A stretch of DNA of 48,995 nucleotides from an uncultured Bacteroidales bacterium (GTDB taxonomy: Bacteria; Bacteroidota; Bacteroidia; Bacteroidales; F082), in contig CALFIT010000286.1 in assembly GCA_937877465.1 (NCBI GenBank), positions 1-48,995 on the forward strand, in the 5' to 3' direction. The notes under the pieces were generated by a model, which was not told the origin of the DNA, did not search any database, and worked only from the letters and a program-made list of their open reading frames with translations. A program made the position numbers and the translations under genes. This document shows positions 1 through 7,428 of this stretch, piece by piece; position 1 is the first letter of the stretch, and each line of letters starts with the position of its first letter.

Positions 1-29
1 CCCTACCGGAACCACCAAAGACCAAGAAA

Positions 30-55
30 GGCAACCCTTCGGGGCTGCCTTTTTT
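30..55 (+). terminator. Rho-independent terminator of an upstream off-window gene
   Basis: GGCAACCC-ttcg-GGGCTGCC hairpin (8 bp, one mismatch) followed by TTTTTT. Confidence 0.6.
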
Positions 56-114
56 GGTTTTGCCTTTCGGGATAAAAAATTTCGTGAAGATATACCACAA
101 TACGAAATAATCTG

Positions 115-122
115 TAAATTTG
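115..122 (+). promoter_or_regulatory. Bacteroidota-type -7 promoter box (TAAATTTG) upstream of the NfeD gene
   Basis: Matches TAnnTTTG 20 nt upstream of the ATG at 143. No clear -33 TTTG. Confidence 0.4.
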
Positions 123-142
123 CAGAATCAAAATCGTATGTT

Positions 143-574
143 ATGGCAATCTATCTTTGGCTTATCGCCGCCATCGTGCTCGTGATCGTCGAAATCGTCA
201 CTGCTGGCTTCGGCTCCATCTGTTTCGCCATCGGCGCGGGCTTTGCCGCCCTCGTAGCCGCTTTGGGTGGCAACATCACCTGGCAAATCATCGTCTTTGC
301 CGTCGTTTCCATGCTGACTTTCATCTTCTTGCGTCCCGTCGTGATGCGTTTCTTAGACAAAAGATCAAAGGACGTGAAGACCAATGCCGATGCCCTTGTG
401 GGGCGTAGAGGCATGGTCTCGGAGCGTATCGACGCAGCCCAACATACGGGCCGAGTAGCCATTGATGGCGACGATTGGAAGGCCGTGACCTCCGACGGCT
501 CCGTCATCGAGAAAGGCACGGAAGTGGAAATCGTCAAATTGGACAGCATCATCGTCACCGTCGTCGTGGTATAA
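143..574 (+). CDS. NfeD family membrane protein (OB-fold C-terminus)
   Basis: N-terminal hydrophobic helices. C-terminal GRVAIDGDDWKAVTSDGSVIEKGTEVEIVKLDSIIVTV is typical of the NfeD OB domain. Sits directly upstream of an SPFH gene, the classic pairing. Confidence 0.8.
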   Translation: MAIYLWLIAAIVLVIVEIVTAGFGSICFAIGAGFAALVAALGGNITWQIIVFAVVSMLTFIFLRPVVMRFLDKRSKDVKTNADALVGRRGMVSERIDAAQHTGRVAIDGDDWKAVTSDGSVIEKGTEVEIVKLDSIIVTVVVV

Positions 575-626
575 TGAAGTAATCGACAATAATTTACCAA
601 TCAATAACCTTTAAAATCAACACATT

Positions 627-1583
627 ATGAGTATTCCCAACATTGTACTGATTGTAATAGTGGCCCTTGTGGTGATCTACATCCTCAAGGGAATCAAGAT
701 CGTGTCCCAGTCGGAAACGATGATTGTCGAACGCCTCGGCAAGTACAACCGTACGCTGAACGCGGGCATCAATGTCATTCTGCCCATCATTGAGCAGGCC
801 AAGGAAACCATCGTGCGTCGGCAAACCGGTGCCATGACACGCACCTCGCGCATCGATATGCGTGAACAGGTGTATGATTTTGACAAACAGAGCGTTATCA
901 CCAAGGATAACGTGATGACCGAAATCAACGCCTTGCTCTATTTCCAGATTGTCGACCCGATGAAGGCCGTCTACGAAATCCAAAACCTGCCTGTCGCCAT
1001 CGAGAAACTGACCCAGACCACCCTCCGTAACGTGGTCGGTGAGATGGAACTCGACGAAACCCTCACTTCGCGCGACACCATCAACTCGAAGTTGCGCAAC
1101 GTGCTCGACGATGCCACCAACAAATGGGGCGTGAAAGTGAATCGCGTTGAGTTGCAAGATATTACGCCGCCTGAGAGCATCCGTCGTACCATGGAACTCC
1201 AGATGCAAGCCGAGCGTAACCGCCGTGCTGAAATCCTGAAGGCCGAGGGTGAGAAACAAGCCCAAATCCTTAATTCGGAAGGTGAGAAGCAGGCCGAGAT
1301 CAATGCGGCAGAGGCTGAGAAGCAGGCCAACATCCTGAAGGCCGAAGGTGAAGCCAAGGCCAAGGTGCTGCAAGCCGAAGCCGAAGCCACCGCCATACGC
1401 AACATCGCCGAGGCCGTGTCGGACCGTGGCGCCGATCCCGTCAACTACCTGCTCGCTGTCAAATACATCGAGACGCTGAAGGAAGTGGCTGGCGGACAGA
1501 ACAATAAGACCGTCTATCTGCCCTACGAAGCCTCCAACATGCTTGGCTCGTTGGGTGGCATCAAGGATATGTTCGCGAAATAA
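627..1583 (+). CDS. SPFH/band-7 (stomatin/prohibitin-like) membrane protein
   Basis: N-terminal TM helix, then an SPFH core (IVERLGKYNRTL..., VITKDNVMTEINALLYFQIVDP). Ends with an AEGEKQAQIL-type alanine/glutamate coiled coil. Confidence 0.9.
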   Translation: MSIPNIVLIVIVALVVIYILKGIKIVSQSETMIVERLGKYNRTLNAGINVILPIIEQAKETIVRRQTGAMTRTSRIDMREQVYDFDKQSVITKDNVMTEINALLYFQIVDPMKAVYEIQNLPVAIEKLTQTTLRNVVGEMELDETLTSRDTINSKLRNVLDDATNKWGVKVNRVELQDITPPESIRRTMELQMQAERNRRAEILKAEGEKQAQILNSEGEKQAEINAAEAEKQANILKAEGEAKAKVLQAEAEATAIRNIAEAVSDRGADPVNYLLAVKYIETLKEVAGGQNNKTVYLPYEASNMLGSLGGIKDMFAK

Positions 1584-1599
1584 ACCGCGAAAGCCATTG

Positions 1600-1632
1600 C
1601 GCCCAGATGTCAGCATCTGGGCGTTTTTTTTG
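1600..1632 (+). terminator. Rho-independent terminator of the NfeD-SPFH operon
   Basis: CGCCCAGATG-tcag-CATCTGGGCG perfect 10-bp stem followed by a 9-T run. Confidence 0.85.
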
Positions 1633-1685
1633 ACATTTTTTGACAAAAAATCAATTTATATTATCCCTGTATTCAAAAATTTGAT

Positions 1686-1693
1686 TACTTTTG
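1686..1693 (+). promoter_or_regulatory. -7 promoter box TACTTTTG
   Basis: TAnnTTTG match 16 nt upstream of the ATG at 1710. The same TACTTTTGC core recurs at 2011, 4030, 11216 and, on the minus strand, 47738. Confidence 0.5.
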
Positions 1694-1709
1694 CGCAAAA
1701 ATATGGTCT

Positions 1710-1931
1710 ATGTTTTCCTATAAGAAAGAATTCCACATCGGCAAGATGATCCAAGAGGAACTGGAACGGCAGGGGAGAAGTGCCTCGTGGTTGGCCAAGT
1801 CCATCTATTGCGAGCGGTCGAACATCTACAAGTTGTTTGCACGCGAAAGCATTGGCGTCGACTTGCTGATGCGCATCTCAACGGTCATGGGACATGATTT
1901 CTTGAGGGACCTTTACGAAAATGAGGCGTGA
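1710..1931 (+). CDS. Small (73 aa) helix-turn-helix DNA-binding protein, paralog 1
   Basis: XRE-like HTH core SASWLAKSIYCERSNIYKLF. Collinear and equal in length with the 4062..4283 product, with about 41 of 73 identical residues by hand alignment. Confidence 0.6.
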   Translation: MFSYKKEFHIGKMIQEELERQGRSASWLAKSIYCERSNIYKLFARESIGVDLLMRISTVMGHDFLRDLYENEA

Positions 1932-1951
1932 AAATTCAAAAATAGTAGAAT

Positions 1952-1979
1952 AAAAATCTAAAAATATTAGATTTTTTTT
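1952..1979 (+). terminator. Weak AT-rich hairpin terminator
   Basis: AAAAATCTAA-aaata-TTAGATTTTT 10-bp stem followed by extra Ts, 20 nt after the stop codon. Confidence 0.4.
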
Positions 1980-2010
1980 CCTATTTTTTCTTTTTGTTTC
2001 GCTTTTCCCT

Positions 2011-2018
2011 TACTTTTG
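2011..2018 (+). promoter_or_regulatory. -7 promoter box TACTTTTG
   Basis: TAnnTTTG match 28 nt upstream of the ATG at 2047. Confidence 0.5.
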
Positions 2019-2046
2019 CCCCTGTTTTTCTGAAACTGGCAGTTTG

Positions 2047-3879
2047 ATGAACAGATGGCAAATCTTCCCTTTGGCCTTGTTGTTTTTGGCCACTTCTTGT
2101 AAGGATCCATCCATGAAGCAGGTGTTTTTGTGCGATTCGGTGGGCTTTGATGAAGTTTATGCCTTGAAAGACACCTATCCTGACAGTGCGTTGACGCTTT
2201 TCGACAGTTTTAAGGATACGGTCGACTTGGTGGAAATGTATCGTGTTAGTCTACGAAAGTACTATGATTATCAGATACTTGAAGCCGAGTTGAACTATAA
2301 GAACAATTTTCTTGTCGAGAATGGGGATTTGGTGCTTGAGGCTGCCGCCTATTATGATACCGTAGTACCTTATCGCCGTGTCGCGTTGGGACCATCCGAG
2401 ACCGAGTTCATGCGTGCGCGGGCTTTCTATTATGCCGGCGTCGTCGAGTTGCAGGAGCATCGCTCGGTGGAGGCACTCCAGCATTATCTCTCCGCTTTGC
2501 GCATCATGGACACGCTGAACGGGGAGCTGTGTTTGGTTCCGCATCGGACCAACAACAAGGATTATCTGCATTTTACTGGATTGATTTACAATCGGATAGG
2601 TTGGGTTTTTTATGTCAACGACCTGTGGGACGAAACCCAGACGGCCTTGGAGCGGGCCATCGATTGCTTTCATGCCGAGGGCAACGTACTGGGTGAGTTG
2701 CCCAACTATTCCGTGCTTGGCGAAATCATGATGACCAAGGGCGACCGTCAGGCGGCCATGCACTATTATCGCATCGTCGACAGCCTCAACTGGGCGACCG
2801 ACTCCATTCCTCCTTGCATGGACTGGGATTGCCAGCTCAACGAGGTATTGAGGATGTATGAGAACGATGAGAAACCAGCGGCTTACCAGCTTATTTACAG
2901 TGTTTTGGAACAAGACAACGACTCCTCGGCCATCAAGCAGTTGCGTTTCCATTTAGGTCGTTTCTATTATGAAGACCATGAATACGACTCGGCCTTGGCT
3001 TATCTCGGCAATGGTATGCAGGATTTCTCCTATCAGACCATCGCCTCGCTCGATATGATTATTAAGATGTGTAACGAGTTGGGCTACAGCGAGAAAGCGG
3101 CTTATTATAATGAAGTATTGGCACATGTTTCCATGGAACGGATTGAGCAAATGCGCGTGGGTTCGCAACTGAGTTCGCTCTTCGACAACTACCTGAACGA
3201 AAGGGAGGATTCCAAGCGTGGCGGTCGCTTTTGGCTGATTATCAGTGTGATATTGCTGGTAGTCGTGCTGCTGCTCATTTTCGACTATCACCGTTATCGG
3301 AAGCGGAAAAGAATTCATAAGAGCAGTTCAGAAGCCTACGAGCGGCAACGGATCCAGTTGGAGCGTGAGATTGAGAAGGCGCAAGCTGAATCGATGAAGC
3401 AGGAAGAGAGAATCAAAAACCTTGAGTCTGAGTTGATTAAGGTGATAGCGCGACGCGATGTGTCGTCGATGACCTTCATGGAGCGTGTCAAGGTGCTGGA
3501 AGAGACACCCATTGGCAAGCGCGTGCGTTTGGTGACAGAAGCCAACGTCAAGGCGGGTGTGGCCTATCCCGAATTGGTGCTGTCGCGCAGCCAGTTGACG
3601 CAGTTGGTCAACGCCGTCGATACCGTGTTCCCAAAGTTCTCGTCGAGGCTCATCGATATGTATCCGCGACTGAAATACTCCGATGTGGTGTATTGCTGCA
3701 TGTATATCCTCGGCATCAGCGAGGTGCAAGCCGCCGCATTGACCGGGAAGACCTACCAAGCGGTGTGGATGCGGTCGGGGAAACTCCACGAAATCTTCGA
3801 CAGCAAGTCGGATTTGCAAGTCGTTTTGTTCGATATTCTTAAAAAGATGCATATCGATGGAATGATTGCAAATAACTGA
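2047..3879 (+). CDS. Membrane-anchored one-component regulator candidate: lipoprotein signal, TPR-like region, TM helix, coiled coil, C-terminal HTH-like domain
   Basis: The ORF track starts at a TTG (2044); the ATG at 2047 is preferred. Signal MNRWQIFPLALLFLATSC has a Cys. A helical-repeat region of about 380 aa is followed by the TM helix FWLIISVILLVVVLLLIF, then positive-inside DYHRYRKRKRIHK and an E/K/Q-rich coil. The C-terminus YSDVVYCCMYILGISEVQAAALTGKTYQAVWMRSGKLHEIF is paralogous to the C-terminus of the 47818.. gene. Confidence 0.6.
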   Translation: MNRWQIFPLALLFLATSCKDPSMKQVFLCDSVGFDEVYALKDTYPDSALTLFDSFKDTVDLVEMYRVSLRKYYDYQILEAELNYKNNFLVENGDLVLEAAAYYDTVVPYRRVALGPSETEFMRARAFYYAGVVELQEHRSVEALQHYLSALRIMDTLNGELCLVPHRTNNKDYLHFTGLIYNRIGWVFYVNDLWDETQTALERAIDCFHAEGNVLGELPNYSVLGEIMMTKGDRQAAMHYYRIVDSLNWATDSIPPCMDWDCQLNEVLRMYENDEKPAAYQLIYSVLEQDNDSSAIKQLRFHLGRFYYEDHEYDSALAYLGNGMQDFSYQTIASLDMIIKMCNELGYSEKAAYYNEVLAHVSMERIEQMRVGSQLSSLFDNYLNEREDSKRGGRFWLIISVILLVVVLLLIFDYHRYRKRKRIHKSSSEAYERQRIQLEREIEKAQAESMKQEERIKNLESELIKVIARRDVSSMTFMERVKVLEETPIGKRVRLVTEANVKAGVAYPELVLSRSQLTQLVNAVDTVFPKFSSRLIDMYPRLKYSDVVYCCMYILGISEVQAAALTGKTYQAVWMRSGKLHEIFDSKSDLQVVLFDILKKMHIDGMIANN

Positions 3880-4029
3880 CAATTAACTTCTTGTATTTTC
3901 GTTTCCATAGTATTTAATTACCTTTATTATTTCTGTAATATATTGGTATACAATTTACTATAAAAATTTACTTTATTTTCCTTTATCGCTTTGTTGTTTC
4001 GTTTTGTTACTCGTTATTTTGTGCGTTTG

Positions 4030-4037
4030 TACTTTTG
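4030..4037 (+). promoter_or_regulatory. -7 promoter box TACTTTTG
   Basis: TAnnTTTG match. It overlaps the TTG start (4035) proposed by the ORF track, which argues for the ATG at 4062. Confidence 0.5.
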
Positions 4038-4061
4038 CGGGCGAAACAAAATCGAGACACT

Positions 4062-4283
4062 ATGAAATTTGTCATGAAGGATGTCCACGTCGGCAAGATG
4101 ATTAAGGAAGAGCTTGATCGTCAAGGCAGGACGGTGGTTTGGTTCGCCAAACAGATCTATTGCGAGAAGTCCAATGTGTATAAGATGTTCAGGCGCAAAA
4201 GCATCGACCTCGACCAGTTGATGGTGATTTCTTCAGTGCTCGACCATAACTTCCTCAAAGATTGCTATGAAGAATTGGAATGA
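4062..4283 (+). CDS. Small (73 aa) helix-turn-helix DNA-binding protein, paralog 2
   Basis: Start trimmed to the ATG at 4062, so MKFVMKDVHVGKM aligns residue for residue with MFSYKKEFHIGKM of paralog 1. HTH core VVWFAKQIYCEKSNVYKMF. Confidence 0.6.
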   Translation: MKFVMKDVHVGKMIKEELDRQGRTVVWFAKQIYCEKSNVYKMFRRKSIDLDQLMVISSVLDHNFLKDCYEELE

Positions 4284-4320
4284 TTCTTCAGAATTGGTTA
4301 ATAAATTATTTTTTTTTTGA

Positions 4321-4359
4321 GCCGCAATTTTCCACCCCAAGGAGATTGTGGCTTTTTTT
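4321..4359 (+). terminator. Rho-independent terminator
   Basis: 12-bp stem (4321-4332 pairs with 4341-4352, three G.U pairs), 8-nt loop, then seven Ts. Confidence 0.7.
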
Positions 4360-4361
4360 GT

Positions 4362-4392
4362 TTTGCCGTTTGTGATAATTGGCGTATCTTTG
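4362..4392 (+). promoter_or_regulatory. Bacteroidota promoter: -33 TTTG, 19-nt spacer, -7 TATCTTTG
   Basis: TTTG at 4362-4365 and TATCTTTG at 4385-4392. The ATG at 4419 lies 26 nt downstream. Confidence 0.6.
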
Positions 4393-4418
4393 CGGCACGG
4401 AAATCAAAGTCGCACACT

Positions 4419-4916
4419 ATGGAAATGCTGGATTTGTATGACAAGGACTTGAAGCCCACGGGGTTGACCGTTGAGCGAGGCCAGCCAATCCCTGTCGGCC
4501 TGATGATCCCCATCGTGGCGGTGTTTGTCCACAACAACCAAGGCCTGTATCTGATCCAGAAGGTGGCGCCCTCGAAAGGCAACTATTATTCGACCACGGC
4601 AGGCCATGTGAAGAGCGGCGAGCGCGACTTCGCCCTTTCGATGTTGCGCGAACTGAAGGAGGAAATCGGCCTCTCCGTGACCAAAAGCGAACTCAAGTTG
4701 GTGAAAATCAGGCGTTACGAGCATAAGTTTACACTGCTTTATATGCTGAAGAGCAATGTTCCTGCCTCGATGCTCAGGCTGCAAAAAGAAGAAGTGGAAT
4801 CGGTGAGTTGGATGAGCCACGACGACATTGAGGCCTTGTGCAAACAGGGGCTTTTCAACCGCTACCATTACCAGTTGCTCCTCGATTGCGAAGAAAGATT
4901 GCAAAACCTGCGCTGA
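4419..4916 (+). CDS. NUDIX hydrolase
   Basis: Nudix box GHVKSGERDFALSMLRELKEEIGL (GX5EX7REUXEEXGU). Start trimmed from 4317 to the ATG at 4419, because the terminator and promoter lie inside the longer ORF. Confidence 0.85.
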   Translation: MEMLDLYDKDLKPTGLTVERGQPIPVGLMIPIVAVFVHNNQGLYLIQKVAPSKGNYYSTTAGHVKSGERDFALSMLRELKEEIGLSVTKSELKLVKIRRYEHKFTLLYMLKSNVPASMLRLQKEEVESVSWMSHDDIEALCKQGLFNRYHYQLLLDCEERLQNLR

Positions 4917-4919
4917 TTG

Positions 4920-4950
4920 TTTGTCGGTTTCGTTATTTTGGCTATATTTG
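4920..4950 (+). promoter_or_regulatory. Bacteroidota promoter: -33 TTTG, 19-nt spacer, -7 TATATTTG
   Basis: TTTG at 4920-4923 and TATATTTG at 4943-4950, 34 nt upstream of the ATG at 4985. Confidence 0.65.
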
Positions 4951-4984
4951 CGGCAAAATAATCAAGTCATAAACACCTATTAAT

Positions 4985-7045
4985 ATGATAGCAAGAGAAT
5001 TACTCGACCCGAAAAGCATCGTGGTCGTTGGAGCCTCCGCCGACATCCATAAACCGGGCGGAAAAGTATTGTCGAACCTTTTGGCCAGCCCTTTCAAGGG
5101 TACGGTGTATGCGGTGAATCCGAAAGAGACTGAGGTTCAAGGTGTTAAATGTGTCGCCAAAGTGGAAGACCTGCCTCAGGTGGACTGCGCCATTTTGGCC
5201 ATCGCCGCCAAGTATTGCCCATCGACGGTTGATGTCCTTGCCTTGCAGAAAGGCACCAAGGGCTTCATCATCATCTCCGCCGGCTTCGGCGAGGAGAACG
5301 CGGAAGGCGCGGCCTACGAGAGACACATCGCCGATACCATCAACAGCGTGGGTGGCTCATTGATTGGCCCCAACTGCACGGGCTTCCTCAACACCAACTA
5401 CTGCGGTGCCTTCGACGCGCCCATCCCGACCTTAGACCCTCATGGCGTCGACTTCATCACCGGCTCGGGCGCCACGGCGGTGTTCATCAAGGAGTATGGT
5501 ATTAGCAATGGATTGACTTTCAACAGTGTATGGGCGGTGGGTAACTCGGCCCAACTCGGTATCGAGGACGTGCTCGAACACCTTGACGAGACCTTCGACC
5601 CCGAAAAGAGCAGCCGTGTCATCATGCTCTACATGGAGAAGATCGGCGACCCGCAGAAGATGCTGAAGCACTCGCGCTCGCTCATCAACAAGGGCTGCAA
5701 GATTGCCGCCATCAAGAGCGGTGGGTCGGCTGCCGGAAGCCGTGCCGCCAGCTCGCACACGGGTGCCTTGGCCACCTCCGATGTGGCCGTCGACGCGCTG
5801 TTCCGCAAGGCGGGCATCGTGCGCTGCCAAAACCGTCAGGAGCTGACCACGGTGTGCGCCATCTTCATGCACCCCGAGGTGAAAGGCAAGAACATGGCCG
5901 TCATCACCCACGCCGGCGGTCCAGCCGTGATGCTCACCGACGTGCTTTCCAACAACGGCATGGACGTGCCGCACATCGAAGGCCCTAAGGCTCAGGAACT
6001 TTTGGGCAAGCTCTTCAACGGCTCTTCCGTTGGCAACCCGATCGACTTCTTGGCCACGGGTACCGCCGAACAACTCGGCTACATCATCGACGCCTGCGAA
6101 AACGACTTCGACGACATCGACTGCATGTGCGTCATCTTTGGCTCGCCCGGCCTGTTCCAGAACTACGAGGTCTACAAGGTGCTGGACGAGAAGATGAAGA
6201 CCTGCAAGAAGCCCATTTTCCCGATTTTGCCTTCCATCATCAACGTGAAGGACGAAATCGACGACTTCATCCGCAACAAGCACCGCATCAACTTCCCAGA
6301 AGAATGTGTGTTCGGCAATGCCTTGTGCAAGGTGTATAACACGCCCAAGCCGCAGCCCGAGAACCCTGAGATGCCCGAAATTGACGTGAAGCGCATCCGT
6401 GAGGTCGTCGATAGCTGCGAGAATGGCTACATCGACCCCGATAAGATCTATCAACTCCTTGACGCTGCGGGCATTGCGCAAAAGCAGATCCGCGTGGTCG
6501 ACAAGAAGCAGCAGGCCGTCGACTTCGCCAACGAGGTGGGTTATCCGCTCGTGATGAAGGTGGTGGGTCCTGTCCACAAGAGCGACGTGGGTGGCGTGAC
6601 CTTGAACGTGCGCGACATCGAGACCGTGCAGAAGGAATTCGACCGCTTGATGGCCATCAAGGACACCTACGCCGTTGAGATGTATCCCATGCTCGACGGT
6701 ACTGAGGTCTACATCGGTGCCATCCGCGATGCGAAGTTCGGCCATCAGGTGTTCTTCGGTCTGGGCGGCATCTTCATCGAGGTGCTGAAGGACGTGCAGA
6801 GCGCCTTGGCTCCCGTCAACGTGAACGAAGCCAAGGAACTGCTGACCAAGCTCCGTGGCTACAAGATTTTGCAGGGCGTGCGTGGCCAGCAACCCGTAAA
6901 CATTGACGTCTACGCCGAGCAAATCGCCCGCGTGAGTGCCTTGGTGATGGCCGCTCCCGAGATTGCCGAAATGGACCTCAACCCCTTGCTCGGCAACCCG
7001 AAGAACGTCGTCGCCGTTGACGCTCGAATCCGCATAGAGAAATAG
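4985..7045 (+). CDS. Acetate--CoA ligase family protein (ADP-forming acyl-CoA synthetase, fused alpha/beta)
   Basis: N-terminal CoA-binding Rossmann motif SIVVVGAS, phosphohistidine loop SSHTGALA, and a C-terminal ATP-grasp region (YPLVMKVVGPVHKSDVGGVTLNV). Confidence 0.85.
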   Translation: MIARELLDPKSIVVVGASADIHKPGGKVLSNLLASPFKGTVYAVNPKETEVQGVKCVAKVEDLPQVDCAILAIAAKYCPSTVDVLALQKGTKGFIIISAGFGEENAEGAAYERHIADTINSVGGSLIGPNCTGFLNTNYCGAFDAPIPTLDPHGVDFITGSGATAVFIKEYGISNGLTFNSVWAVGNSAQLGIEDVLEHLDETFDPEKSSRVIMLYMEKIGDPQKMLKHSRSLINKGCKIAAIKSGGSAAGSRAASSHTGALATSDVAVDALFRKAGIVRCQNRQELTTVCAIFMHPEVKGKNMAVITHAGGPAVMLTDVLSNNGMDVPHIEGPKAQELLGKLFNGSSVGNPIDFLATGTAEQLGYIIDACENDFDDIDCMCVIFGSPGLFQNYEVYKVLDEKMKTCKKPIFPILPSIINVKDEIDDFIRNKHRINFPEECVFGNALCKVYNTPKPQPENPEMPEIDVKRIREVVDSCENGYIDPDKIYQLLDAAGIAQKQIRVVDKKQQAVDFANEVGYPLVMKVVGPVHKSDVGGVTLNVRDIETVQKEFDRLMAIKDTYAVEMYPMLDGTEVYIGAIRDAKFGHQVFFGLGGIFIEVLKDVQSALAPVNVNEAKELLTKLRGYKILQGVRGQQPVNIDVYAEQIARVSALVMAAPEIAEMDLNPLLGNPKNVVAVDARIRIEK

Positions 7046-7064
7046 TTAATAGTTTTCAGTTGTT

Positions 7065-7104
7065 CAGTTGTTCAGTTAGGCGATTACCCATAACTGAACA
7101 ACTG
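7065..7104 (+). terminator. Perfect 14-bp hairpin after the acyl-CoA synthetase stop (possible partial terminator, no T run)
   Basis: CAGTTGTTCAGTTA-12 nt-TAACTGAACAACTG, embedded in TTCAGTTG x3 and AACTGCA x2 short tandem repeats. Confidence 0.45.
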
Positions 7105-7131
7105 CCAACTGCAAACTGCAAACTGAATGAA

Positions 7132-7428
7132 ATGATTACCGAAAAAGCAACCTATTACCTCGTCTATGCCGCCTTGGTGCTTGTCAGTTTCTTGATTGAC
7201 AACTTGTTGCTGAAGAAAACGGACAAGACGAGTCGCACCATCGGCTATGTTCTCAGCGTCATCGTCGATTTGGCCATCTTCGGCTACGGCATCTACCTTT
7301 ACAAAGCCAAGGGCGAGGACCAGACCGGCTTCGTTCTAGGCGGCATCCTCTTCGGCGTGTGCCTGTTGTGCCTCTTGGGACGCTATTGGCAAAACAAGGA
7401 AGCCGACAAAAAAAGGAGGAAGGGATGA
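7132..7428 (+). CDS. Small (98 aa) three-helix membrane protein
   Basis: Start trimmed to the ATG at 7132, downstream of the hairpin. Three hydrophobic segments and a basic tail KEADKKRRKG. Its TGA stop overlaps the next gene's ATG (ATGA at 7425-7428). Confidence 0.6.
   Translation: MITEKATYYLVYAALVLVSFLIDNLLLKKTDKTSRTIGYVLSVIVDLAIFGYGIYLYKAKGEDQTGFVLGGILFGVCLLCLLGRYWQNKEADKKRRKG

Noticed and set aside
4317-4418. N-terminal extensions proposed by the ORF track for the NUDIX gene (4317), HTH paralog 2 (4035), the membrane protein (7060) and CotH-1 (7359)
   Set aside because: The extensions run through a terminator, promoter boxes or a 14-bp hairpin. Downstream ATGs give products that align with paralogs or begin with proper signal peptides.
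5432-6922. 496-aa minus-strand ORF opposite the acyl-CoA synthetase, and the 350-aa ORF at 594-1646 opposite the SPFH gene
   Set aside because: Same shadow-frame artefact. The plus-strand genes carry unambiguous family motifs (SSHTGALA loop, ATP-grasp, SPFH core).
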